Positions 11,269 through 19,609 of a DNA stretch of 64,000 nucleotides are shown piece by piece. Within the stretch, counting starts at the first letter, position 1; every line of letters begins with the position of its first letter. The translations under genes and the position numbers were made by a program. The DNA is from a virus. Lineage: Duplodnaviria > Caudoviricetes. The DNA lies in the IMG/VR virus record IMGVR_UViG_3300044829_000002, positions 1 through 64,000 of that record. One strand, given 5' to 3'. The notes beneath the pieces were generated by a model. The model searched no databases, was not told where the DNA came from, and saw only the letters and a program-made list of their open reading frames with translations.

Positions 11269-11581
11269 GATCTAAGTGCCCGCGAATAGCGCGCCAACTC
11301 ATCTTCTGTAAAGCGTCGCTGTACAGCAGGCGCACTTTCACGTCGTGCTGAGTGCGACGCATGCGGGGACTCAGGCTCGCTCGTCATCGAGCTAACCAGC
11401 CGCGCAAAGATACGGGCGTGCTGAATGCACATGCGCGGGTAGCTCCCGGTGCGGATCTCGTATCGAGCGAGCCGAGAACACATATGTCGGGGTGCTCTCT
11501 GCCCGGTCGGCTCATCACACGTCAAGATATCCTCCGGCACCGGCACGATCTCGACACCGGCCACGATCTCAATTCGCCTCA

Positions 11582-11998
11582 TCAGACTGAGGCGGTGCGT
11601 TCGATGGACTTGATCACGATCACGGCACCAGCCGGAATGTCATTGAGGAACATGGCCTCACTGACCTTCGTTTGGCCTGGCTCTAGATTCTGGACGAAAT
11701 CCTCGGCCGTATCGTACTGCCGTGTGTGAGTGGCGTTCTCTGCCGACACACTGACCCAGTAGTCGCTGCGCTGCGAGCTGTGATTGACGTACGTGATCTT
11801 CAATGTCGCGCCGCCGTACGTGTCATTGACGGGCCGACCCAGGGTGACGTCGGCCCGTGCGTCACGGGAAGCAAGGCCCTGGCTGATGCCGGAATCGTTG
11901 GGTGGCGTGCCGTGGTGCTGCGCGCCAGGTGACGTGCATGCAGTCAGTGAGGCGGCGAGTAGAGCGGCTGCCACTGTTGCGGTGATCTTGTGGTTCAT
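11582..11998 (-). CDS. Lipoprotein (FxLYD-like Ig fold)
   Basis: Signal peptide with lipobox LTAC; NHSSQRSDY...NLEPGQT motif. Confidence 0.7.
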   Translation of the reverse strand: MNHKITATVAAALLAASLTACTSPGAQHHGTPPNDSGISQGLASRDARADVTLGRPVNDTYGGATLKITYVNHSSQRSDYWVSVSAENATHTRQYDTAEDFVQNLEPGQTKVSEAMFLNDIPAGAVIVIKSIERTASV

Positions 11999-12354
11999 GA
12001 TCGTTTCCTCTCGGGGTTGTTAGCGTGCTCGTATTCGAGCACCGCTCGGTGAAGCTGCTTGCATGCTGCCGCTATCCATGAGTCAACATGACTCGCGTGT
12101 GCGTCGTGTAGAGCCTGCTCGGCTTGCGCCAGTCGGCGGGATGCCTGCTCATGGGTCAGCGGCTCGGCTCGGGTCCACCAGCCGACGTGCGTCCGCTCTA
12201 GATTCCAGATTCGGTCGATAGCGTCATGGACCGTGATGCATTCGCCGTGACGAGCGACGGCCAGCACTACGACGATGCCGACGCCGGTTTCCAGCCGCTC
12301 GCCAAGGTGAGGCTGCCGCACAAAGTGAGTGTCGGCCCGTGCTGTTGCGCTCAT
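11995..12354 (-). CDS. Hypothetical protein
   Basis: RBS GGGGGA before ATG; stop overlaps the lipoprotein start. Confidence 0.5.
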   Translation of the reverse strand: MSATARADTHFVRQPHLGERLETGVGIVVVLAVARHGECITVHDAIDRIWNLERTHVGWWTRAEPLTHEQASRRLAQAEQALHDAHASHVDSWIAAACKQLHRAVLEYEHANNPERKRS

Positions 12355-12383
12355 GGTTCCCCCTTTTTGATCTTGCACTTGCG

Positions 12384-12450
12384 TGCCGGTTAGAGACTCG
12401 AACTCATCGAGCGGGCTACTCACCCGCTTGCGTCGCCACCGTGGACCGGC
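12384..12450 (-). ncRNA. tRNA-like cloverleaf (degenerate tRNA or tRNA mimic; AGT in anticodon position)
   Basis: Acceptor GCCGGT/ACCGGC, 5-bp stem GCGGG/CCCGC with 7-nt loop TGAGTAG, T-loop GAG-TTCGAGT-CTC, weak D arm, no CCA; intergenic. Confidence 0.45.
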
Positions 12451-12477
12451 TTGGCCCGCCTTTCGGCGGGGTGACGT

Positions 12478-12618
12478 TCAGACTTGCCAGCGGCGCGGAA
12501 CCTCCCGACTGGTCGGCTTGTGCTCGTCGCGCTGCGGTTGCGGGATACGGCGGGCTGGCACGGGGACTAACTCGCGTTCGCGTCGAGCGATTGTCTCGTG
12601 GTCGAGTTGTGCGGTCAT
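12478..12618 (-). CDS. 46-aa hypothetical peptide (first gene after an operator-controlled promoter)
   Basis: RBS CCCCGAGGAG; MTAQLDHETIARRERELVPVPARRIPQ... Confidence 0.5.
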   Translation of the reverse strand: MTAQLDHETIARRERELVPVPARRIPQPQRDEHKPTSREVPRRWQV

Positions 12619-12641
12619 GGTGTGCTCCTCGGGGTGGAGTG

Positions 12642-12660
12642 TGTCGTGCTGAATGCGACA
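12642..12660 (-). promoter_or_regulatory. Palindromic operator (copy 3) overlapping promoter TAGACG-N17-TACTGT
   Basis: tgtcg-tgctgaatg-cgaca. Confidence 0.75.
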
Positions 12661-13187
12661 GTACGCTGTGACGCTCCATCCGTCTAGACCGATCATGCGC
12701 CGACAAGCCGTCAACTGCCGCGTGATTGCTCAGCGACTCTGGCGCGTAACGCCTCAATCACCGCCTCAGCGGCGATACGGGTCACGCCGTACATGCGCCG
12801 GTCGAGTTTGAAATAGTCATCCCACACAGATCCAGGCGGGTGATAACCCAAGTCGCTGGCAAGCGCGTGGATGAGATTGGCCTGCGTGGTCGTCATCGGC
12901 TGAATGCGCGTCATGATCCCCCCTCCCTCATTCCTGCGGGCCGAACATGGCCTCGTCGTGGTCGAACGCGTCCTGATCAACCTGTCGGCGAGCGGGTGCC
13001 ACGGTCACACGAGACTCACCCGGCAGAGTCAAGCGGTCACCGTTGCCGAACTGGATTACGCGCACGGCACCGGGCGAGGTAATCCACACGACGTCGAGCC
13101 CGACAAGTAGCAGATGTGCTGGCGTGCCGAAACTGGTAAGCCGCATGCCGACTGTCAGGTCGTTAACGGTGATAGTGGTCATGATCT

Positions 13188-13664
13188 TCACTCTCCCTTG
13201 GGTGCTGCGAACCGCTGCGCGGCGGCGCTGCGGGCTCTGCTCCTGAATGCACGCTGTGATGCTCTGATGCACGTCTTGCAACCTCGTCTAAGCCTGCCTT
13301 TCGCACCGTTGGGTGCTTGCAGTACTAGATTGTCACCGCTCAACGGGTGACCCTTGGGGCAGTGAGTAACACGCGTGCCGTGGTGGCGACCCTTGTTGGC
13401 TCGATCCCAGTTGTTATCAGCGACGGTGCCGAGGAACAGATGCTCATCACGGAAGCACGGCGGGTTGTCGCAGTGATGGAGCACGCACGGTGTCTCGGGC
13501 GGAATGGGTCCGTGCAGCTCGACCCATGCGGCGCGATGCGCTTGTTGCATGGAATTGCCAACGCTGATCTGGCCGTAGCCCTTTGTTGAGCGGTGCCCAT
13601 CGAAGACGATGCACTCGCCCTCGGAATGAGATCGCGCGGTGAGTCTGACAATCACTGACGTCAT
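13188..13664 (-). mobile_element. Free-standing HNH homing endonuclease inserted in the 3' end of the HTH gene
   Basis: ECIVFDG...GYGQI...AHRAAW...GPIP...VLHHCDNPPC...HLFLGTVADNNWD; its C-terminus duplicates the HTH end RSAAAQRF. Confidence 0.8.
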
Positions 13665-13924
13665 CGTGTGCGCCTGCTGAATCGTTGTGCGGCGGCTGAA
13701 CGCGTCACGCCTAGCGGACCGGCGATTTCTTGCCACGAGAACCCTCGCACGCCATGCTCGTCGGTGGAGCGCAATTGTGCGGCAGCTTCACGCACGCCCT
13801 CAGACGCGGCGCGGTCCAGCATCTTGACAATGGACGCAAAGCCCTCAACGTCATCGCTGCCAGCAGCTTTGAGCATCGCGGCCAGTTGGCGCTCCCAGCG
13901 GCGGATCTCTTCTGGCTCAAACAT
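13661..13924 (-). CDS. Helix-turn-helix DNA-binding protein
   Basis: SWQEIAGPLGVTRSAAAQRF HTH motif. Confidence 0.75.
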   Translation of the reverse strand: MFEPEEIRRWERQLAAMLKAAGSDDVEGFASIVKMLDRAASEGVREAAAQLRSTDEHGVRGFSWQEIAGPLGVTRSAAAQRFSRRTR

Positions 13925-13947
13925 GGCTAGCTCCCTCGGTCGGTGCG

Positions 13948-13966
13948 TGTCGTGCTGAGTACGACA
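13948..13966 (-). promoter_or_regulatory. Palindromic operator (copy 4) overlapping -10 TAATGT
   Basis: tgtcg-tgctgagta-cgaca, upstream of the HTH gene. Confidence 0.75.
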
Positions 13967-13980
13967 TTACAGCATGAAGG

Positions 13981-14014
13981 AGCCGGTGTACAGAGGGTCT
14001 GTACACCGGCTTTT
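13981..14014. terminator. 14-bp hairpin (contains GTACAG-N5-CTGTAC) downstream of the ArdC-like gene
   Basis: AGCCGGTGTACAGA-GGG-TCTGTACACCGGCT followed by TTT. Confidence 0.6.
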
Positions 14015-14025
14015 GGCGGGTCGGC

Positions 14026-14424
14026 TCAGATAGCTTGGTCAGTCTGCGAGATATCGAACACCGACACCAGGCGGAAGAATTTACGACCCGGCTTGGCGTC
14101 CTCGCCGGGTGTGCCGTCCAACTCGACAGTTCCGGGGGTGCCAGCGGCGGAACCGGCCGGTGCGAGAATACGCATTCCGTGCTCGCCCTTGCGGACCTGA
14201 CGGCCGACTTCCTGCCAAGCCTTGAATCCGCGAACCTCAACGGCTCCGGGCATCTGCATGGCGATCAAGGCGGCGTTGCGCTCGCTGTACTTGTCGGCCA
14301 TGAGGGTGAACGTGCCGTCCTCGGGGTCCATCTCGTCCATGAATGAGTCGAGACGGTTGCGCAGTGCGAGAACTTCGGCATTCTTGTCGGTGATGCTGCG
14401 GCGGGTGCGGGTCTGTGCGGTCAT
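14026..14424 (-). CDS. ArdC-like N-terminal ssDNA-binding domain protein (putative anti-restriction)
   Basis: YSERNAALIAMQ...VRGFKAWQEVGRQVRKGEHGMRILAP...FFRLVSVFDISQT. Confidence 0.8.
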   Translation of the reverse strand: MTAQTRTRRSITDKNAEVLALRNRLDSFMDEMDPEDGTFTLMADKYSERNAALIAMQMPGAVEVRGFKAWQEVGRQVRKGEHGMRILAPAGSAAGTPGTVELDGTPGEDAKPGRKFFRLVSVFDISQTDQAI

Positions 14425-14451
14425 TTCTGGCTCCTAGTGCTGCTCGGCGGG

Positions 14452-14504
14452 TGTCGTGCTAGATACGACAGTACGCCGCCGACTTCTGTACAGTCAAGCT
14501 GTAC
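14452..14504 (-). promoter_or_regulatory. Promoter TTGACT-N18-TACTGT with operator copy 5 (14452-14470) and GTACAG-N5-CTGTAC over the -35
   Basis: Both motifs and a near-consensus sigma-A promoter read directly. Confidence 0.8.
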
Positions 14505-14533
14505 GGCAGACCGAGTTTCAGACGGCGCTCGAC

Positions 14534-15904
14534 TCAGGACAAGGCGAAATTACGCGGCTTGCCCGTGCGCTTCAAGACAGGCCGATCTCCCGTGTGCATC
14601 TGCCACCGACGGCACGTCATATCCACGTATGCCGGACTGATATCCATGCCCAGCGTGAACCTGCCCGACAGGTGCCCAGCGATCACAGTTGACCCGCTGC
14701 CGACGAACGGGTCCAGCACGAGATCGCCAGGGTCGGTGAAGCTGGCGATGAACCAGCGCGGCAACTCGACCGGGAACGTTGCCGTGTGGCCCATCGTCTC
14801 GCTAGACCCGGCCGCGATGTGCAGCACGTTGGATGGCAGCGCAATACCGGACTCGGTCTGATGCGGCCCGAGCAGTCCTGACGGCCCAGCACTGCCGCTA
14901 CCGGGGGTGATCGCCTGCTCACTCGGTTTCGCATTCGCTTCCGGGTCGAACTTGATCTTGTCGGATCGGGTGAAGTGCCAGACCGATTCCCACGCGTCCT
15001 TGAACATGCTCGGGTATCTGCCAGGCACGCCGTTCTTGGTGTCAACCCAGCAGAACTCATCCACGAACCGCCAAGCCCATTCCCTCACGTGAGCTATCAC
15101 AAGATCATGCACATACAAGTCGCGCTGGCCGTTGTCGGCGTGAGCCTTGATATTGACCAGCCACGAGCCGTCGTCGGCCAGCGCGGCGGCGACGTTGGTC
15201 TGCACAGCTTCAAACCACGCCACGTACTCGTCAGGTGGGATCGGCTTGAACCCGCTGTCCTCGTCGTACTTGCGTTGACGGGCGTAGGGCGGGCTTGTGA
15301 TCGCCAGATTCACTTTCTCGCCGTCGAGCAGCTTGCCCACGTCGTCGGCGTTGCGCGAGTCACCGCACATCACGAGATTGTCACCTAGCCGCCAGATGTC
15401 ACCCGGCCGGGTAATCACCGTGACCGACGCCGGTGGCAACTCGTCCGGGTCCAGCGGCGGTTCACCGTCGAACGGGTCGGCGTCACCGATCATCGCGGCC
15501 AGCTCGTCCTCGGTGAACCCGAGATCATCGATCTCGTAATCGTCCAGCGCGCTCAACTCGGTCACCGCCTCGTGTAGCTGCCCGGTGTCCCATTCGGCTA
15601 GCTCGGCGGTTCGATTGTCAATGATGCCGTAAGCGCGAGCCTGATCCATCGTGCCGTCGAATATCTTGACGTCCACGTACTCGACATCTTCGGCCACGCT
15701 CGCCGCCAGCCAGCCGCTCCCGGCGATCACGATCCCGTCCGGCAGGATCACGATGTTTTTCTGCTGGCCGAACAGCCTCAGCGATGCCCTGATCGCGTCC
15801 ATGTTGCGAGGGGGATGCAAACGTACGTTGCGAGGGTCAGCCAACAGGTCAGCTACCCGTCGTGCCTCTAGCTTCATCTGGGGGCGTCGCGTCTTAGGGG
15901 GCAT
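14534..15904 (-). CDS. ParB-like domain fused to a beta-class (N4-C/N6-A) DNA methyltransferase
   Basis: N-terminal ADPRNVRLH...FGQQKNIVI...DNRTAELAEWD; TSPPY precedes LVLDPFVGSGST; HTATFP. Confidence 0.9.
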   Translation of the reverse strand: MPPKTRRPQMKLEARRVADLLADPRNVRLHPPRNMDAIRASLRLFGQQKNIVILPDGIVIAGSGWLAASVAEDVEYVDVKIFDGTMDQARAYGIIDNRTAELAEWDTGQLHEAVTELSALDDYEIDDLGFTEDELAAMIGDADPFDGEPPLDPDELPPASVTVITRPGDIWRLGDNLVMCGDSRNADDVGKLLDGEKVNLAITSPPYARQRKYDEDSGFKPIPPDEYVAWFEAVQTNVAAALADDGSWLVNIKAHADNGQRDLYVHDLVIAHVREWAWRFVDEFCWVDTKNGVPGRYPSMFKDAWESVWHFTRSDKIKFDPEANAKPSEQAITPGSGSAGPSGLLGPHQTESGIALPSNVLHIAAGSSETMGHTATFPVELPRWFIASFTDPGDLVLDPFVGSGSTVIAGHLSGRFTLGMDISPAYVDMTCRRWQMHTGDRPVLKRTGKPRNFALS

Positions 15905-15931
15905 CCTCGCATTGAATCACCCGAGACATGA

Positions 15932-15965
15932 CTAAGCCCCGTACCGGGGGAGATACGGGGCTTAG
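15932..15965 (-). terminator. 12-bp hairpin, likely terminator after DUF932
   Basis: CTAAGCCCCGTA...TACGGGGCTTAG perfect inverted repeat 13 nt from the stop. Confidence 0.65.
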
Positions 15966-15977
15966 CCGATCGGGGGG

Positions 15978-16985
15978 TTACTTGACGGCGAATTGCGCGA
16001 ACGCGAGTTCCTTCACGGTGCCGACGCGGTTGCGCGGCTCGGCGGAACGGGTCGCCCGGACGAGGTTCGCGTCACGCTTCGGGCCAACAGGCGTGAACCA
16101 GTCGAGGTATTCGGTGACGGCGTTGTAGCCCGCCCAGCGGGTGCCGCGAATGTTGGCCTGTGTGTCGGCGTCGGAGAACAGCTTGACCAGCTCGCCCTCG
16201 CGGCGGGCGTGAATATTGACCGAGCGCGGCTTGGACTCGTCCTTCGGCACCGGCCAGATCAGGCGGGTTTTCTGGACGAACTGCGCCTCGCTCATCGGGG
16301 CCTGGATCATCTTCTCGGCCTCGGCCTCGAACGCACTGTCGAATTTGAACGTCAGGCCCAGCGCCCGACGGATCTCGGCGACGGCGAGCGTTGCCGACGA
16401 TGTGTGCCGGACCTTGACCATCGACTTGTGATTGACGAGTGCGGCGCGCTCGGTGTTGCCGCACACGACGCGGACTGGGGTGTCGAGCAACAGCAGCGAG
16501 CCGGTGCCGTCGTGATAGTTGAGCATCGTCAGATACCGGTTGAGCGCGTCCACGCCGCCGATCAGCATGTCCTCGCTCATCTTGGTCGTGACGAACACTG
16601 CACGCCCGCCTCGCAGCGAACCGGCTGTCTCGAACCGGCCGTTGGTTTGGCCCTTGATCGCGTCGAGGAGTTCAAGAGTCTGCTCGTTCTGGATCGGCTC
16701 CCAGACGCCGCCGACGACGCCGAACGGCTCGCGGATCTTGGTGAACGGGTTGGAGCGGGACACGGCGTAGAACCCGTCAACGGGTGCGCCACGGTTGTCG
16801 AGCACGGGGGTGTCGTCGCGGCGTACACCCCAGCCGCCCAGGTGGCCCTCGTCTAGAACGTCGGCGGCGGTCAGGTCGCGGTCGAATGTGACACCGAGCC
16901 GATGCCAGGCCGGTTCGCGTGCGAATACGGCTGCGGATACGGTGCTGCCGTCTGCGTTCTGATGAGTCTCGATCTCGTGAGACAT
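15978..16985 (-). CDS. DUF932 (phage/plasmid-like TIGR03299-type) protein
   Basis: REPAWHRLG...IQNEQ...FETAGSLRGGRAVFV...NYHDGTGS...TPVRVVCGNT...RHTSS...GTRWAGYNAVTEYLD. Confidence 0.9.
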   Translation of the reverse strand: MSHEIETHQNADGSTVSAAVFAREPAWHRLGVTFDRDLTAADVLDEGHLGGWGVRRDDTPVLDNRGAPVDGFYAVSRSNPFTKIREPFGVVGGVWEPIQNEQTLELLDAIKGQTNGRFETAGSLRGGRAVFVTTKMSEDMLIGGVDALNRYLTMLNYHDGTGSLLLLDTPVRVVCGNTERAALVNHKSMVKVRHTSSATLAVAEIRRALGLTFKFDSAFEAEAEKMIQAPMSEAQFVQKTRLIWPVPKDESKPRSVNIHARREGELVKLFSDADTQANIRGTRWAGYNAVTEYLDWFTPVGPKRDANLVRATRSAEPRNRVGTVKELAFAQFAVK

Positions 16986-17018
16986 GGTGACTCCCTCTCG
17001 GGGTGGCGTGCGACCCGG

Positions 17019-17066
17019 TGTCGCACTAGACACGACACTAGTCGCACCCTCTGACAAGAGTCAACA
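17019..17066 (-). promoter_or_regulatory. Promoter TTGACT-N18-TAGTGT with operator copy 6 (17019-17037)
   Basis: tgtcg-cactagaca-cgaca, with extra GTCGCAC half-sites at 17008-17014 and 17041-17047. Confidence 0.8.
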
Positions 17067-17086
17067 TGCTAGCTCGCAACTACAGC

Positions 17087-17242
17087 TCACCAGTAGTGAT
17101 TACGCCCGCCGATCTCGTGGCCGGTCGAGCCAGCCAGCAAGAGAACAGCACCGAGCGCGGCCAGCACGAGGCCGATGATGAACAGCAAGTGGATGCCGAA
17201 CAGCAAGCCCACGATGAGCAACACGATACCTAACACAATCAT
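17087..17242 (-). CDS. 51-aa membrane protein, DUF6131-like (missed by ORF track)
   Basis: MIVLGIVLLIVGLLFGIHLLFIIGLVLAALGAVLLLAGSTGHEIGGRNHYW; ATGA coupling; ends in GGRxHYW. Confidence 0.7.
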   Translation of the reverse strand: MIVLGIVLLIVGLLFGIHLLFIIGLVLAALGAVLLLAGSTGHEIGGRNHYW

Positions 17243-17505
17243 AACGTCTCCTCTAGCTGTGCCCGTATCTGTTCACTGGTCGCCGCATTCGCCTGAATCG
17301 CGGCAGCCTGCCTTTGCTGACCGTACTTGACGATCTGTTGCCGCGTCCAGAGTGGTGTGCTGCCGTAGCGGACTGTCTCGGGCGGGAACGGGACACGTGC
17401 TGTGCCGTTCCGGGTGCGTTCCCGGATTTTGTCGATCGTTTTCAGATTCACACCGAGCAGCTCAGCTACGGCAGCTCGGTCGAGTAGTTGTCGCCGCTCA
17501 GTCAT
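17239..17505 (-). CDS. AlpA/excisionase-like winged-HTH protein
   Basis: LLDRAAVAELLGVNLKTI...FPPE.VRYGSTPLWT. Confidence 0.75.
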   Translation of the reverse strand: MTERRQLLDRAAVAELLGVNLKTIDKIRERTRNGTARVPFPPETVRYGSTPLWTRQQIVKYGQQRQAAAIQANAATSEQIRAQLEETL

Positions 17506-17518
17506 GCACGTCCCCTTC

Positions 17519-17671
17519 CTAGTCGCCGGTCTGCTCGGCGTCGGCAGTCGCGCCGTCGGCCGGGAGACTGTAGCGGTCCCACGCCCAGCGCAGCACCCGG
17601 CCCTTGGCGTCCTGATCCAAGTCCTCGATCGTTCTTACGATCTTGCTCATTGCTTGCAGCTCACGGTCCAC
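17519..17671 (-). CDS. 50-aa hypothetical protein (missed by ORF track)
   Basis: RBS GGGAGG, GTG start; DRELQAMSKIVRTIEDLDQDAKGRVLRWAWDRY. Confidence 0.65.
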   Translation of the reverse strand: MDRELQAMSKIVRTIEDLDQDAKGRVLRWAWDRYSLPADGATADAEQTGD

Positions 17672-17685
17672 AGCAATCCTCCCTT

Positions 17686-17704
17686 AGTCGTGTCGGGCGC
17701 GACA
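17686..17704 (-). promoter_or_regulatory. Operator copy 7 (AGTCG-N9-CGACA) overlapping -10 TAGTGT
   Basis: agtcg-tgtcgggcg-cgaca. Confidence 0.6.
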
Positions 17705-17740
17705 CTACCGTGTCAACCCGACGCCGTGCATCAACACATG

Positions 17741-17770
17741 CAGATGCCCGCCGGGATCGACGGGCATCTG
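17741..17770 (-). terminator. 10-bp hairpin terminator
   Basis: CAGATGCCCG...CGGGCATCTG just after the stop at 17793. Confidence 0.6.
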
Positions 17771-17792
17771 TCTCGCGCAAGTCGGGCGTCTG

Positions 17793-18203
17793 TTACGCGC
17801 TCCTCGCTCCTGAGAGATTCCGTATCGTGTTCCGCCCCGGCTGGACCGAGTCTTGGTACTTGGACGGTCGCGCAACCCGTGCAGGATTCGCCTTGGCCTT
17901 TTCCTTCACGACCGCATTGGCAATCACCAACTCAAACTGGAACGCCCGCACCGCTTTCTTGCCCTTGCTGTCCAGCAAGTTGAGCCACCGGGCAATCCGG
18001 GGTGGCGTGACGAGTCGATAGCGTTGTCCGGCAACGCTCCATGCGATCTGCTTGGTTGTCACTCGCACACGCGACGCCTCGGTGCCGTCTGTAGCGTCAA
18101 GATCACGAGCTATCGCGTATGCGATGGGGCAGTGCCACTCGTTGTTTACCTGCGCTGCGTTGATCGCGTCGGTGTTGACCTTGATCGTGTAGTTCTCTTG
18201 CAT
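17793..18203 (-). CDS. Hypothetical protein (HCPIAYAI motif)
   Basis: Open frame with a purine-rich leader. Confidence 0.55.
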   Translation of the reverse strand: MQENYTIKVNTDAINAAQVNNEWHCPIAYAIARDLDATDGTEASRVRVTTKQIAWSVAGQRYRLVTPPRIARWLNLLDSKGKKAVRAFQFELVIANAVVKEKAKANPARVARPSKYQDSVQPGRNTIRNLSGARSA

Positions 18204-18227
18204 TGCTCTCACTGTTCTCTTTCGGGG

Positions 18228-19034
18228 TTAGACCGCTCGCAGATGCGTAGCAGTCTTGGCGGGTTTGCTTTGGTCGAGTTCCTTTAGCCGTCGGAAGATC
18301 ACGTGCGCGTCACGGGAGTATTTATCCAGCCGGTCCAGCTCACTCCATGACAGGTGCCCGAGATCACTGACACCTAGACCGTCGATGATTGGGCGCGTCT
18401 CATCCATGAGATCCCTCAGCACGTGCAGCACGTGCAGAACCTTTATCAGCTTCGGCGTAAGACACTCGCCAGTCTGTTCCTTGACCAGCCCTTTGATCAC
18501 TGACGCCGTGGGCTTGCCGTCCGTCTGTTTAAGCGTCTGCTCCCACACGCCAACCATCAGATCCGGGTCAGCTTGCAGCGCGGACAACTGCCGTTTCTGC
18601 TCCCTTGTTTGCGGTGCCGGTAGATCAGGCCGCTTAGCCTCGACAATGTCCGCGACATCCTTGTGTGCGTCCTCCTCCTTAAATGCCGCCTCGAACACCT
18701 CCGGTGGGATCTCCTCCGGCGGCGTCTCATCAGCGGCAGCACCGTACGTCTCTACGTCGGACGGCTTAAGTGATGACGCTGGCTTGGCGTCCTCCAACTC
18801 GCCCCACGCTTTCAGATGCCGCAGCACACGGGGCACAGTCTCGCCGGACTCACGAGCGAACTCGCTGGCGCTGGTCTTACCGGAAACTTTACGTTCGTTA
18901 AGTTGCGCGGCGGTTGGTCGGCCGTTGTGCGGCTTCTCCACCGAGCAGGCGACGAGCAGCGCCAGCCTCACGTCCCTGCCTTGTTTGATCAGCGCGCCGA
19001 ACTCGTGCGCGTTGTCTTGCCATGTGCGGGTCAT
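18228..19034 (-). CDS. Conserved actinophage hypothetical protein
   Basis: Strong RBS GAGGAGG; FGALIKQG...LALLVACSVEK...SASEFARE...RVLRHLKAW motif; operator upstream. Confidence 0.7.
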   Translation of the reverse strand: MTRTWQDNAHEFGALIKQGRDVRLALLVACSVEKPHNGRPTAAQLNERKVSGKTSASEFARESGETVPRVLRHLKAWGELEDAKPASSLKPSDVETYGAAADETPPEEIPPEVFEAAFKEEDAHKDVADIVEAKRPDLPAPQTREQKRQLSALQADPDLMVGVWEQTLKQTDGKPTASVIKGLVKEQTGECLTPKLIKVLHVLHVLRDLMDETRPIIDGLGVSDLGHLSWSELDRLDKYSRDAHVIFRRLKELDQSKPAKTATHLRAV

Positions 19035-19052
19035 ACCTTCCTCCTCGGGTGG

Positions 19053-19071
19053 TGTCGTGTCGAGTACGACG
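19053..19071 (-). promoter_or_regulatory. Operator copy 8 (TGTCG-N9-CGACG)
   Basis: tgtcg-tgtcgagta-cgacg. Confidence 0.65.
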
Positions 19072-19102
19072 GTAACAGAACCGGCCGACTAACGGAAGTG
19101 CG

Positions 19103-19570
19103 CTAACCCGTTGATGGGCACGCAGGCACCAGTGACGACAAGTTGGACGGGCTTACCGCGTAACCGGGGAACCACGCCCAAATGATCGGCGTGTTCGGCC
19201 CGTGAGTCCGCGTCCTGACCTTGTACCAATACGAATTGCCGTTCATCGAACTACCCAAAGTCCAGCAGCGGCCCATCATCCCCGTCACGGGGTACACGCC
19301 GTAATCGTCACCCTTGGACCAGCCGTAGAACACGTAACACGGGTCCGACGTCGGCCGGAGTCGAGCTGAGACTTTGGTCGTGATGTTCGCCAGCGAGTAG
19401 TAATTCCAGTCCCGGTCGTAGGCCAGACCGCGCGTGCCGCACCCGGCCGGACTGACACGAGTCAGATCACGGCCGACGCCGTGGCCCTTGGCTGTGTAGG
19501 CCGACGCGGGCGGGCCGGTGAACAGCGTTGCCACTAGGGCCAGCGTCAGAATGATTACCAGTTTCCTCAT
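19103..19570 (-). CDS. Secreted protein of unknown function
   Basis: Sec signal MRKLVIILTLALVATLFTGPPASA; aromatic-rich mature part with 4 Cys. Confidence 0.7.
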   Translation of the reverse strand: MRKLVIILTLALVATLFTGPPASAYTAKGHGVGRDLTRVSPAGCGTRGLAYDRDWNYYSLANITTKVSARLRPTSDPCYVFYGWSKGDDYGVYPVTGMMGRCWTLGSSMNGNSYWYKVRTRTHGPNTPIIWAWFPGYAVSPSNLSSLVPACPSTG

Positions 19571-19587
19571 GATCGTTTCCTCTCGGG

Positions 19588-19606
19588 TGTCGGGTCGGAT
19601 GCGACG
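19588..19606 (-). promoter_or_regulatory. Operator copy 9 (TGTCG-N9-CGACG) overlapping -10 TAGCGT
   Basis: tgtcg-ggtcggatg-cgacg. Confidence 0.65.
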
Positions 19607-19609
19607 CTA

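Noticed and set aside
12384-12450. Functional tRNA-Thr(AGT)
   Set aside because: G at position 33, a 3-bp T-stem, a short weak D-arm, an acceptor mismatch and no CCA; kept only as tRNA-like.
12384-12480. Self-cleaving ribozyme (CGATGAG hammerhead-like; GCCGGTCC twister-like)
   Set aside because: The hammerhead GAAA core after stem II and the twister CCCAAGCCC core are absent; a cloverleaf explains the pairing better.
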